From: Takakia lepidozioides
Taxonomy: Eukaryota > Plantae > Bryophyta
Direction of reading: 5' to 3'
Assembly (NCBI GenBank): GCA_030704615.1
Contig: CM060734.1
Location: forward strand, 28,272,001-28,336,000
DNA length: 64,000 bases
Every line of letters begins with the position of its first letter. The stretch's first letter is position 1. Positions 1 through 11,695 of the stretch are shown here, piece by piece. Position numbers and translations under genes: made by a program. Below the pieces are notes generated by a model. That model was not told the origin of the DNA. It ran no database searches and saw only the letters and a list, made by a program, of their open reading frames with translations.

Positions 1-240
1 TTCCCACTCTGGGTGTGCAGCTACCTGATTTCTTAATTGAAATCTGTATTTTGTGCTTATCCTTGCGCACAGTTAGAATCTGGGTATTCCAGTCATGGAA
101 TACCTTGGCCTGTTTCAGCCATGGTCGTCCTAACAATAAGGAATAAGCTTCCATGACATCATCCATTTTTCAATACAGTCACAATGATCTTAAAGACCAA
201 CTTCTGAATCTGTATTCTTACTCCTCTTATCAAGCCTAAT
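1..240 (-). pseudogene. Ty3/Gypsy aspartic protease C-terminal fragment
   Basis: Manual minus-strand translation gives PLGLIRGVRIQIQKLVFKIIVTVLK, a frameshift, then MDDVMEAYSLLLGRPWLKQAKVFHDW; LLLGRPWL is the retropepsin C-terminal motif. Confidence 0.6.
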
Positions 241-1330
241 GGAAAATTGGCGCCGAATTTCCATCCGAGGGCGCCCGTATGGAGCCGTCTTCAACCATTT
301 TTAGTCGTTACTTCACTTTTTTCGAGTTTTTTTTGTATAATCCGACCCTGAACTTATAGTTTTCTCCCTGCGCGGCACTTTTTGTGGACGTTATCCCTAC
401 AAATGTCATCCGCTGGATGGAAATTCGGCACTGTTTTTCCATCCGAGGGCGCAACGACTTATCCTGCTAATGGAAATTCGGCGCCGGTTTTCCATCCGAG
501 CGCGCTCCGAGTTATCTTGCGGATGGAAATTTGGCGTTGGTTTTCCATCCGAGCGCGCTCTAAGGTATCTTGCGGATGGAAATTCGGCGCCGATTTTCCA
601 TCTGAGGCAGCTCCGAGTTATCTTGTGGATGGAAATTCGCCACCGGTTTTCCATCCGAGCGCGCTCCGAGTTATCTTGCAGATGGAAATTCGGCGCCGGT
701 TTTCCATCAACGCGTCTGTGCATGACTACGTCTCCATCGGAAGGAGGGCCAGGTGGCACTCCCACTTCATCCACTGGATGGAAATTCGGCGCCGTTTTTC
801 CATCCAGGGCCTTGTGGATGATGCCGTCTCGGGTGGATCGAGGGCCAGGTGGCGCTCCTACTTCATCCGCTAGATGCAAATTCGGAGCCGTTTTTCCATC
901 CAGGGCCTTGTGGATGATGCCGTCTCGGGCGGGTCGAGGGCCAGGTGGCGCTACTACTTCATCCGCTGGAGGCAAATTCGGCGTCGTTTTTCCATCCAGG
1001 GCCTTGTGGATGATGCGGGCGGGTCGAGGGCCAGGTGGCGCTCCTACTTCATCCGCTGGATGCAAATTCGGCGCCATTTTTCCATCCAGGGGCTTGTGGA
1101 TGATGCCGCCTCGGGCGTATCGAGGGCCAGGTTGCGTTCCTACTTCATCCGCTGGATGGAAATTCGGCGCCGTTTTTCCATCTAGGGGCTTGTGGATGAT
1201 GCCGTCTCGGGCGAGTCGAGGGCCAGGTAGCGCTCCTACTTCATCCGCTGGATGTAAATTTGGCACCGTTTTTCCATCCAGGGGCTTGTGGATGATGCCG
1301 TCTCGAGCGGGTCGAGGGCCAGGTGGCAGG
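239..1330. repeat. Tandem arrays (53-bp then 96-bp period) built on a ~30-bp palindrome GGATGGAAATTCGGCGCCG(A/T)(A/T)TTTCCATCC
   Basis: Core recurs at 472, 525 and 578 (53-bp period), then 781 and 877 onward (96-bp period; the 406..1374 ORF shows 32-aa repeats). Arms GGATGGAAA/TTTCCATCC flank a central CGGCGCCG. Confidence 0.9.
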
Positions 1331-2259
1331 GGGCGAGCTCCACACCTATGACATTGAAGGGCACCGGCCAGCATTCATTGTCCGCAGCCGTTGGTTTTGA
1401 ACTGGACGTTCGGCACGGATTCCGCGTTGCCTTCTCGAATATGCATGGAACCCCTGATGTGATGGGTGGATGAAGTCCCACTCGAGGGTTGTACGCACGC
1501 ATTCTGCGGGAGAGTTATCTGTTATTCGGACTTATGCCGCGTGGAGTAGGTCGTGGCTCTCCTGAGATAAACCCCACTTCCAGACCGCGACGCAAACTCA
1601 AACCTTTGTACTACCGAACGCGTCCAATGTCTCACATGGCCAAGTTGAAACTCCAACAGAAGATCCCCTTGTCTTGCTCACAGCCCGCGCCAATTGAAGC
1701 GGAGCACTCTCAGGCGAGCCCCAGCTTCCTCCTCTCTCTCTAGCATTTGCGGTCGTCTGATTGACTTTGTTTTGTTTGTTTTAGCATCCTTGTGAATGTC
1801 CTTCTTCATGTGCTTTTAAGCCTTTACTTGGTTTTGCTCTCATGGTTGTTCCATGCCACTCCCTACTCTGCATCTCACCACTGCCTCATTTTTTGGCCAT
1901 TATGGCGCTCCTGTTGGGGATCACAGAGTGAAGACGAGCTCGACACGGTCGTGGTATCGTTGACAACTCCAACTCCTCGAGCACTCACTCCAAAAGCGGC
2001 TACTCATCCACCGCAGTCCAACGGTCATCGGCAGCACTCTGCGGACCACGTGCTTCGCATTTTTGGGGAGCCAAAGCGGGGGCGGGAGGGCTCACAGGAA
2101 GTAGCTCCTTATGTTGATGGACGGGAGGCCCTGGAACGGGAGTACGCCCGAATAGGCATTTGGGAGGTTGGTGCAGCCGGCATGGCAGGTGCAGGGCGTC
2201 GCATGAGGACAGTAGATCCGCCAATCCAGGAAGCTGATGCACATGCAGGAGGATTTTGT

Positions 2260-3150
2260 TTTTACAAAATAGGGACAGTGGCCCTCATATTTCGTATGCG
2301 CCGGCGCATATCAGACAATAGTGTTTAATTTTTATTAAACATTTTTTATTTTAATATTTGTTTTTAATTGTTTTTTCTTTAAAACAATACAGGGGACAGT
2401 GGCCCTCATATTTCGTATGCGCCGGCGCATATCAGACAACAGTGTTTTATTTTTATTTATTTTTTAAAATTTAATTTAATTTAATTTTTTTTAAAAACAA
2501 AACAGGGGACAGTTGCCCTTATATTTCGTATGCGCCGGCGCATGTCAGACAACAGTGTTTTTTAAAAAAACGTTAATTGTTTTTATTCATTTTTCATTTT
2601 TTAAATATTTTTTATTTTTATTCTACAAAACAGGGGACAGTGGCCCTCGTATTTCGCATGTGCCGGCGCATACCAGACAACAGTGTTTTAAAAAAAACAA
2701 TTTCTTTTTAATTTTTTAATTTTTGTTTTACAAAACAGGGGATAGTGGCCCTCATATTTCGTATGTGCCGACGCATGGCAGCCAACAGTTTTATTTTAAA
2801 CAATTATTATTATTATTTACAAAACATGGGACAGTGGCTCTCATATTTCGTATGCGCGGACGCATACCAGATAACAGTGTTTTTTTTTTAAACAATTATA
2901 TATATATATATATATTCCAAAACAGGGGAGAGGCCCTCATATTTCATATGCGCTGGCGCATACGAGACAACAGTGTTTTTTTTTAAACAAAATATTTATT
3001 AATTTGTTTTTAATTTTTAATTTTTAATTTATTTTTTACAAACCAGGGGACGATGGCCCTCATATTTCGTATGCGCGCATACCAGACAACAATGTTTTTT
3101 TTCATTTATTTAATTTTTGTTTGTACAAAACAAAGACAATGACCTTCATA
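2260..3150. repeat. Interspaced repeat: ~60-bp conserved unit with 16-bp palindrome TATGCGCCGGCGCATA, separated by A/T-rich low-complexity spacers
   Basis: About 8 copies of ACAGGGGACAGTGGCCCTCATATTTCGTATGCGCCGGCGCATAYCAGACAACAGTG; perfect palindrome at 2295-2310. Confidence 0.9.
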
Positions 3151-3329
3151 TTGTCATTTTTTTGCTTCCTCGGATATAGGGTCGTTATGCAGTAATCCGC
3201 GGAAATACATCCCATTTCTTAATGTTTTGACGACCCATCCATGTTCATAATCATAGATAATTTATATTATGGGCTCACGATTCACCGCTCATCGCTCACA
3301 GTTTAGCGTCGCTGCTTCGAACCCTTTTC

Positions 3330-5500
3330 TGCCACATGACTCCCTCATGTACTCTTGAGTGCGATCTACCATGCAAACTCTTTCCCCATCACATCCAAGA
3401 CCTTCTCCCTCAATATAGATCAAACCCAGCCCCTTCTATTCTCAGTATGATGGCAGCACATAAAGCTCCCCCTGACCCTCTAAATGCTAATACCCACCCC
3501 CTTTCACCTGGCCACCCTACCCCCTCCCAAATGACGGGATCTAACCCAGCCTGCATACCTACCTCACCTGGCTCTACCACCCCTCACACTCCTGCTCAGT
3601 CTCCCAATACCCTGCTGTCCCCAATCAATCCACCCTCATTCCCGACCCGCACAATATTAACGCAAACAACCTGGAAGCCTTCATTATTGAAGCTATTCTA
3701 GGAACCAGAATTCAAACCACTATCGATGAATTTGGCGCCACATGCCTAGACACTTTCTACCTATGCAAATGGGTTGGGTACCCATCGGAAGACAACACCT
3801 GGCAAGCAGATGATGACCTATTCGGGTCTCATGATGACTGTGACCCGGCCCCACAACCTTGACCTACTCACCGCATTTCATAAATCCACTAACACCAACT
3901 ATCTAGCCCATACTCACCTACAGCACACTTCCCAAACCCAAGCGATTAATGCCCGATTCGTCCATAACCCCCTAGATGCCCCTGACGTACATGTCTGCAT
4001 AATCTTGACAAAGACATACTACACATCTCCCCCATTTTACGCCTTGGCAAACGTATGTCCTATATGCCTCCCATGGTCGCTATATTGGACTTATTCCGAA
4101 TGACCGACTCACTTGGTTATGGCACAGATTCTCTACCTCAAACCCACCACCTAGCCAGCTCACGCCAGCTAGGCAAGACTTTGCTACAGATGTCTGCTGG
4201 CTCGTATGCTTACCCGTCCACCCACCCCCCCTCCCATACCTGTCCACCCCAAACCCCCGATAGCCCAGATGGATCTTCTTCTCAAATACCCACCTGCCAA
4301 CTCTCACTACACCGACGGATCCCTAATAGTCGGCCCCCGGGCTGGATATGGTATCTATCATGCCGCTACCAACCAAGGCGTCTCCCTACGCCTCCCTAGC
4401 CCGGCCACCATCCTCCGCGCCGAACTCATGGCCATACACGATGCCCTCACCCAACTCTCATCATTTCCCCCACCTCACTATATCTTCACCGTCAGTCTGA
4501 CCTCACTCTTTCTCATCTGTAACCACATCTCTCGACCCTCCTCTCACCACCACCACTCAGACCGGAACCTCATCGCTGCCATAGTTCATCTCGCTATCTC
4601 CATAAACCAACCCATCCACTTACTTAAAGTTCGCTCCCACACTGGAATCACCGGCAACGAAATGGCTGACTTCTTTGCCCAGCAAGGTGCCACCCGGCCC
4701 GAGGTAGGCCCTACGTCGGATCCCATTCATGTTGCCCATACACACCCATTCTGGTTCATACACCCAGTCCTAGGCCCCGCGGAGCCCTGCCCTATCCGCA
4801 ATCTCAAATCCACCCTTACACGAGAAGCAAGCAAGGAAGCCTCGACCTTCTCTAGTCATTCTAAACTACATGCTCAGAAATGGACACAATCCGAGGTACT
4901 ACACCATAAGCTATCTAATCACTTCTGACACACTAACCTCGCCACTAATGCCCAAATCAGACAAACTCTCAAATTCAGATATGCCCAATACATGGGCCAC
5001 CAACGTAAACACATCTTCTGGCCCCGCCCTTTTCCCTCTCCAAACTGCCCACTCAATGCTAGCACCTACTGGGCCCGCAACACTTGGCCCCACCTCCTTA
5101 GCCAATGCACACACCCCGTCATCCATGGCCTTCGTATTACCCGACATAACCCAAGCTGTCTGGCACATCCACAAGTTACTCCTACGCCGCCCTGAAACAC
5201 GCTGGTTTTCACTCATCAATGCCGGAACCTATCAGGGTAGGCCCCCTGACCATACGATACCCCACTGGCTCTTGCCATGTACATGCAGACCATCCTCACC
5301 CTGCACTTGCCCCGCCAGACTCTGTCCAGACATACTTGTAATCCATGGACTACCCATAAACGCACCACCGCCAAGCTGTCCATCCCCCAACCTTACCATA
5401 CACTTTATTGAATTTACATATTGTAATGACCGCTACCCCGGCTTCTCCACATTGGAAAAATGCCAAAAATACGCTCCACTCATTCTAGCCATTCGCCGCC
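3330..5500 (+). mobile_element. Truncated non-LTR retrotransposon with chromodomain, RNase H, zinc finger and restriction-like endonuclease (Dualen/RandI-like layout)
   Basis: RNase H motifs YTDGS, AELMAI and KVRSHTGITGNEMAD (4206-4928); CPL..TWPHLLSQC and RHN (4992-5195); PDILVI..IEFTY..K..KY RLE motif (4870-5556). RT is absent and the 3' end runs into hAT sequence. Confidence 0.75.
3680..3830 (+). pseudogene. Chromodomain (not in the ORF track)
   Basis: Manual translation FIIEAILGTRIQTTIDEFGATCLDTFYLCKWVGYPSEDNTWQADDDL matches the chromodomain pattern F/Y-x-IE-x-IL..YL-x-KW-x-GY..NTW. Confidence 0.8.
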
Positions 5501-6560
5501 GTGTTCTTCGTTTGATGCTCCCACAACAAACATATTGCTGTCCTCATATGTTTTAGGAGATGAAACAACTTCAGACTCACATGTAGCTGGGTTCAGCCGC
5601 TTTAAACAAACCATCAGCAAAGGCAATAGACACTTCTGGTCATAGTCCTGAACAAGTTGAACAGCGGCGTCATGGCCCACATAATTTGACACAAGTTTCA
5701 GCCCCTTGAAACGAGGATCCAACATAAGCGCAAACATGTTATGCGCCTTGCGTGCATCAAAATGCTGTAGAAATGCAAGGAAAGGTTTGAGAACATGAAA
5801 CACCTCTTGTCGTATCCTGCTTTTCAGTAGGAGAAGCTCTAATTCGAACACATCTGGTGGTTGCGTCTCCTCATCAAACTCCAACATCTCCCTTTGCATG
5901 ATAACTGAGATGGATACGAATGCTACTGGTGTTGGAAGAAGGTGGCAACTCATACACAATGTCGCCATCGACAATTCTTGGCAGAAATGGCACCTGTTTC
6001 ACCGCGATTTTGCTAAAATCTATCTTCGCAAGGTCACTCCTGGTACTGCCTTTGTGTGTGCTCGAGCTTTGCAGATGCCTTCGCAGCCAAATGCGCTTTC
6101 ATCGTAGCAAGCAATTCCGGATGAGCAACGTCAACATGCTTGCGCATGGCAGTGATACCATGCAGCTTGTTGTATCTCACAAGACCTTTCTGGAGCACAC
6201 TACGCTTACCAACAAGCTGATTGGAAGTCATAGGCTGGGATCGACAGACAATACCGCAATATCTGAGGATTGACATGGTCCACCTCAACCGCATCATTCA
6301 ACGCAAAGAATGACCAACAGACAGAGCCTCTATTGTGTGGTTTCCAAAATTTGCCCTATGCTTGCAAATTTGCAAATTTGCCCTGTTGTGCAGGTTCGAT
6401 TTGCGAATCTTCGAGAACCTCATCCAAGATAGCAAAATCATGCCCAATCTACTCAACCTCAGTGTCATCATGTGGTAAAATGTTGGAAGATGCAGGGATT
6501 TCATATGCTTGCAAGGCACAACTTGCTTGCTCATCCATTATTTCCCACAGGGAGCCCAGA
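5490..6560 (-). pseudogene. Internally deleted hAT transposase (BED finger plus C-terminal part)
   Basis: CWSFF..CGIVC..GITAMRKHVDVAH BED finger across frames (6350-6120); AHNMFALMLDPRFK in ORF 5480..5974. Confidence 0.7.
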
Positions 6561-7264
6561 GGTTATATACTCTACGCCCGCAACAATGTTGGTCTGCCAT
6601 TGCATTTGGGCGCTCAAAGAATTAACACGATAGAGATCTTCAGAAGGCGGCTGCATAATCACTACTCGTGAATGGACACGTTTTGGAAATCCAAAGGACC
6701 ACTTGAACATTTAGTGAAACATTGCAGTCATGCCTATGACTGTCACATATTAGAAGCATTCCAGGAGAGTTCAATATGGGTACAGTCCACACTGGTGTTG
6801 CATGGTCATTGGGGATGTCAGAGGCCTGGTCATTTTCATTGGGTCATATCAATGTATGGACATTGGTACATATACCAAACTAGTACATATATAATACACA
6901 ACCCCCCATTCAGCTGGCATGCAGTTACAATATTGATGGATACGTGATACTACTACAAGATAGCATTGAGGTAGGCAGTAGCAAAGGAGGAAGATAGGCA
7001 AATAGCAATCAACTGATGATACAATACAACCATAGCTATGAGAATTGTTGTAACCATTTTACTCATACGCAATGGAAATGGATACATGAGTCCTTCGGGA
7101 GTCTGCACTCTGCCAAAAAGTAAGTGAAAACTCGCAGCAACCTGCAAATTCAGAGCCAAAATGCGCAGATATACGCTACTACCTTGGTGTTCCCAGGCTA
7201 TACCCCATTATGGAGTGGGAAAAGGAGAGGTGATGGATATGTAAAAGACCTGTAACGCAGAGAG

Positions 7265-8114
7265 GTAATCTGGAGCTTGAAATCTGGCCCTCTTGGATGA
7301 ATCTGGACCCACACTCTATCCCCACTCCTTCAGCTATCCATGCCTCTGCACAAATCATGTATACACACCTTCTCCTCGTCTCTGTTACCTATTTCTGGAT
7401 ACTTTCCTGTTGTCACATTGGCAGTATCATGTCAAAGTCACTCCAAACTATCAAACTTCACTCAACCAGCTAACTTGCAGAATTCATATAGAAAATTTAG
7501 GGCCGATTCTGATAAGAGGGAGAAACAGGGTGAAATGTGTTGAAGAAGGTGCGTTCATTAGCAGTGCCTGATTTTTATCAATTGTGTCGCTGCTGCTGCG
7601 GTTTCCAGTTGACCATCTACCCATGCAGGTTTCATGTAGCGATTGATCCACAGGGAATCATAGGTAATCTTGTGCTTAAAATCTGGCCCTCTTGGATGAA
7701 TCTGGACCCACACTCTATCCCCTGCTACTTCAGCTATCCATGCACAAATCATGCATACATCCTTGCCTTGCTGCTAAGGACAGCCTAGAATTTTTCTAGG
7801 AAACACCCAACTCAACTTATCACACTAGTTCCTATGCTCAATTGCATCTGCTACTCTCTGTAATCCAACAGACATTCACCTTTTTGCCTCGATTGTCCCA
7901 CCATTGACTGGGGTCAGAAAAGTATTCATTCCACAGCTTCTCCTCGTCTCTGTCACTTGTTTCTAGATACTTTCCTGTTGTCACATTGGCAGTATCATGT
8001 CAAAGTCACTCCAAACTATCAAAGGTTCACTCAACCAGCTAACTTACAGAATTCAACATGAGAATTTAGGGCCGATTCTGATAAGAGGGAAAAACAGGGT
8101 GAAATGTGTTGAAG
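7265..8114 (-). pseudogene. Duplicated fragments of an OSB-type (organellar ssDNA-binding) PDF-motif gene
   Basis: PRGPDFKHKITYDSLWI..KPAWV (7558..7752) and an SDPSQWWDNRGK-type segment (~7880-7950). Internal direct repeats 7270-7360/7678-7760 and 7368-7545/7937-8114. Confidence 0.6.
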
Positions 8115-8499
8115 CCACCTCCCGCGTTCGAGCCTGCAACTGCGCTGCTCACAACTGGTTGCCCTGTGCCTTGCAGTTCCTGCACAGATATCTGCCCGGG
8201 TACTCTCCACGCATCAAGCCTATGAGATCGACCAACTGCCGTATCCACTCATGCCAAACACGCCACATTCTCGACCAAGGCGGCTCCCTGGCTATCAGGA
8301 TGGCAACAGCGACGTTACTATGGTTAGTGACAACTCAACGACCATCCCAAATCCTGAGCTCGAAGCGTACAGGCACTCCACCCAAACTGCTCTCTACCAG
8401 TATGTCTCCTACACACCCACCTTACTTGCTCTCACACACCACCTGATCAGTTCTACTCTCCTCTCCCCTATCTGCAAGAATACTGTCCATGCCATACAT

Positions 8500-9668
8500 G
8501 CTGTCCGCCTCAGTATTAAGCCCTCTGCGCTGCCCCCACTCAACTATACAACCCACTACCACATTACATCACCTCACTACACTATCACATCCTTCAATAT
8601 ACACGGGACTCTCATTACGTCAATTGTAAGTGACCATAGTTATACTCAACCTGCAACACACTTTATGCTGTCAATCCCTGGATCCATCTCCCCATCCTGC
8701 ATATCTCCTCCCTGTCCGCACACCTCTAATACTGGCAAAATCCACCCTGTGAGTCAGTGTATACGGTCTGATAAGCTTCCCGTCAAATCATGCAATGCTT
8801 GTGGAACTAGACTGCCTGATATGTGGCTACAGCTAACAACTCTCTACCTAGCTCCTGTACACTAGACTAGCATAACAACCATGGACGCTGTGATGCTACC
8901 GGAGGACCAAATTCTGCTGACTGCACCAGATTCGACACAATCCTCCATCGGCACCCCTGGCACTCTGCGCAACCACACCATGGTAACCCCCTCCCCTCTC
9001 ACCTATCCTCTATTACCTACTGCCCAGCACACTCAATTGTTCTCGAGTGCAACTCTACAACCCACTGCCACATGATCCTGCCAGGCACTTATATCTCCTT
9101 GATATCTTACCATACAGCCGACCCTTTTGCTAGACTGGTCAGTTCACTCTCCTCTCACCTATCTACTACTGTCCGCATCAATATTAAGCCCTCTATGCTG
9201 CCCCCACTCAATTATACAACCCACTACCACATTACATCTCCTCCCTACGCTATCACATCCTTTAAGATACACGGGATTCTCATTGCGTCAATTGTAAGTG
9301 ACCACAGTTATTATCAACCTGCAACACACTTCCCGCTGTCCATCCCCGGATTCATCTCCCCCTCCCTCATGTCTCCTTCCTGCCCGCACACCTCTAATAC
9401 TGGCAAAACCCACCCTGTGAGTCAGTGTATACAGTCTGAGATGCTTCCCACCAAATCATGCAGTGCCTGTGGATCTAGATTGCTTGATGTGCGGTTACAG
9501 CTTAGAACTTTCTACATAGCTCCTTTACACTGGACTAACACGACAACCATAGATGCTATGAAGCTACCGGAGGACAAAATTCTGCTGACTGCATCAGATT
9601 CGACCCAATCCTCCACTGGCACCCCTGTCACTCTGCACAACCACACCATGGTAACCCCCTCCCCTCTC
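8500..9668 (+). repeat. Pair of ~500-bp diverged direct repeats of unknown origin (8500-9000 and 9168-9668)
   Basis: Both run from CTGTCCGC.TCA.TATTAAGCCCTCT to ACCATGGTAACCCCCTCCCCTCTC; ORFs 8251..8865 and 9072..9950 share the translated block. Confidence 0.85.
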
Positions 9669-9679
9669 CCCATCCCGAT

Positions 9680-10881
9680 GTTTATTTTTCTTGTTTGCCA
9701 TTGCAACAACAGGAATCTTGAACAAATCTCCCTGACGATACCAAATGCCCCTCTCAGTCACTCATTCCAACTTTCTGTGGAGTTGCCTGCGCGTCTGGCT
9801 CCTTGGCGGCCAACGAAGCAATGTTCCTCTGGTACTCTTTGTCGTTCAAAGGTGCCAGCATCTCCGCATGGTTGTTCATATACTTCATTTGCTGCTCTTG
9901 AAATGTCGTGTGCTCTGGAGGGCAGTCGAGGTACCATCCACAGTCCCTGAAGTGGGCATGACTCCAATCCCTCAAGATACCAGCTGTGTACATGGTGGGA
10001 TCGTTGGCAAGATCGGACCACATGTCCAGGTAATCTGGGATTCCACTCAGGTGTTTTCCTTCCATCAACACATATTTAGTGTACCTGCGGAGGCTCAAAA
10101 TAACACCATCCCCCAAAACAAGATATCAGAAAGCAGAAGAAAGTGATGATCGGTGGCGATCATCACTTTCACATGAGAGAGAATGCAACATGGGTTGGAA
10201 AATCCTTATGATTATGTAGACTGCACAAATGGGAAATGTGATGGTCGAAACCGACCATCACTTCATTCATGAGAAACAGACAGCCTATGATAACAGAGGC
10301 AAGATTAAGGATGGAAACAAAGACATGATCAGCAGTGACAACTGTTTGACTGGAGAATATCATAGCAGTGGATGTGATGATCGGTACCGACCATCACCAA
10401 ACTGCTGTGTAGCAGAAAAGAAATACAAAGCTTATCTCAATGAGGCATGACAAAAGTTTAAAGAATGTGCTGGATAGGCATATGGCACTGCACCTGTAAA
10501 CAACACGCATCATCGCCCACTCCCCTCCAACTTGACTGTCGAAATCGTTCGACCTCAATATGTTACCATCCTTGGAGAACTCTCGGAAGAAACAGTACCG
10601 CCACGTGAGACCTTTCCACTTTCTAATGTACGCCTCCAAGGTCATTTGTGGTGGTGAGACCATCGAAATATTCAAGTCCTTCAAATTCTGCTCCAGGACA
10701 AGAATGGCGCGTTTCTCCAGCCGCAATGGGAACATGTATCAGAATTGCGCATGACAAAGCTATAGGATATTTCATATACAACAGATACTTGAATCCACAA
10801 ATACCTGACTCCAAAATGTGGCCTTGTGAAGCCACTGATCAAAAACAATATCACTTATTCCCTCGACCTTGGTGCCAGGCT
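9680..10881 (-). pseudogene. Element A ParB-like gene, 3' exons (truncated before the MTase domain)
   Basis: FDQWLHKATFWSQ, LEKRAI..TLEAYIRKWK and TMYTAGILRDWSHAHFRDCGWYL match element B exons at 54420-55710. Confidence 0.85.
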
Positions 10882-10966
10882 TGTCGTGCACCTAAGCATC
10901 GTGCCACAACATACATCGTTGTCCACCACACAATCTAAGCACACAATCCTAGAAAGCTATACCACA
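10882..10966 (-). repeat. 85-bp terminal repeat B (also 11598-11682, 60547-60631, 61318-61402)
   Basis: Four near-identical TGTCGTGCACC...CCACA copies; those at 11598 and 60547 abut a polypurine tract on the minus strand. Confidence 0.9.
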
Positions 10967-10970
10967 ATGA

Positions 10971-11401
10971 TGAGCCTCCATGAGCTTCTCTCACCTCCAT
11001 AGCTCTAGGTATTGAGAGGGAGTGCGTTGAGGGCTTTGTAGGGTGGATTCCTTTAGCAAAGGTGCCCTTGGCTTGACTTAGTTTATGTGATAGAGTGGAT
11101 TTCACTTGGAAGGACTAGGGCTTGTTCTTCATGTGATTGCTTCATGCTTTGAGAGCTTTCATTGTCTTCTACTTCTCTCATTTCTCATCTCTTATCGAAG
11201 TAGAAGACAATGAAAGCTCTCAAAGCATGAAGCAATCACACGAAGAACAAGCCCTAGTCCTTCCAAGTGAAATCCACTCTATCACATAAACTAAGTCAAG
11301 CCAAGGGCACCTTTGCTAAAGGAATCCACCCTACAAAGCCCTCAACGCACTCCCTCTCAATACCTAGAGCTATGGAGGTGAGAGAAGCTCATGGAGGCTC
11401 A
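10971..11401. repeat. 205-bp inverted repeat (10971-11175 and 11197-11401), 21-nt loop
   Basis: Arms are reverse complements with one mismatch seen. Confidence 0.92.
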
Positions 11402-11595
11402 ACTACAAGAAGATGAGCCTCCTCAACACTCACAAGGGGAAAACCTATCTCCATGTCTCAAGTGAGGCTCGACACCTCACTTGGCATGTGAGACCAAATG
11501 AAGTCCCAACACACAAAATATAAATATAAATATTTAAAATGTCCTAGTTAACTAGAAGTAGGTAATTCTAGATAACCATGACTAAAACCATGACA
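11197..11595 (-). repeat. Terminal repeat A (399 bp shared with 29129-29527)
   Basis: Direct repeat with 3 substitutions seen; begins TGTCATGG on the minus strand. Confidence 0.92.
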
Positions 11596-11682
11596 GCTGT
11601 CGTGCACCTAAGCATCGTGCCACAACATACATCGCTGTCCACCACACAATCTAAGCACACAATCCTAGAAAGCTATACCACA

Positions 11683-11695
11683 ATCGCCCCCCTAG
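11683..11695 (-). promoter_or_regulatory. Polypurine tract of the DNMT-Gypsy element
   Basis: Minus strand TAGGGGGGCGAT immediately before TGTGG of repeat B; identical at 60632-60644. Confidence 0.7.

Larger units (their letters stand above)
239..3319. mobile_element. Probable non-autonomous third member (C) of the ParB-MTase/MULE family
   Basis: Ends GCTCACagttTAGCGTCGCTGCTTCG (3295-3319), matching the termini of A (GCTCACgccaTTGCGTCGTTGATTTG, 35289) and B (reverse complement GCTCACgcggTAGCGTCGTTGGTTTG, 47032). Carries palindrome arrays internally and near the end; no recognisable coding remnant. Confidence 0.45.

Noticed and set aside
382-1374. Long overlapping ORFs with 32-aa repeats
   Set aside because: By-products of the GC-rich 96-bp tandem array; open on both strands with no domain.
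2260-3150. CRISPR array
   Set aside because: Repeats are ~60 bp, spacers are low-complexity A/T, there are no cas genes and the context is eukaryotic.
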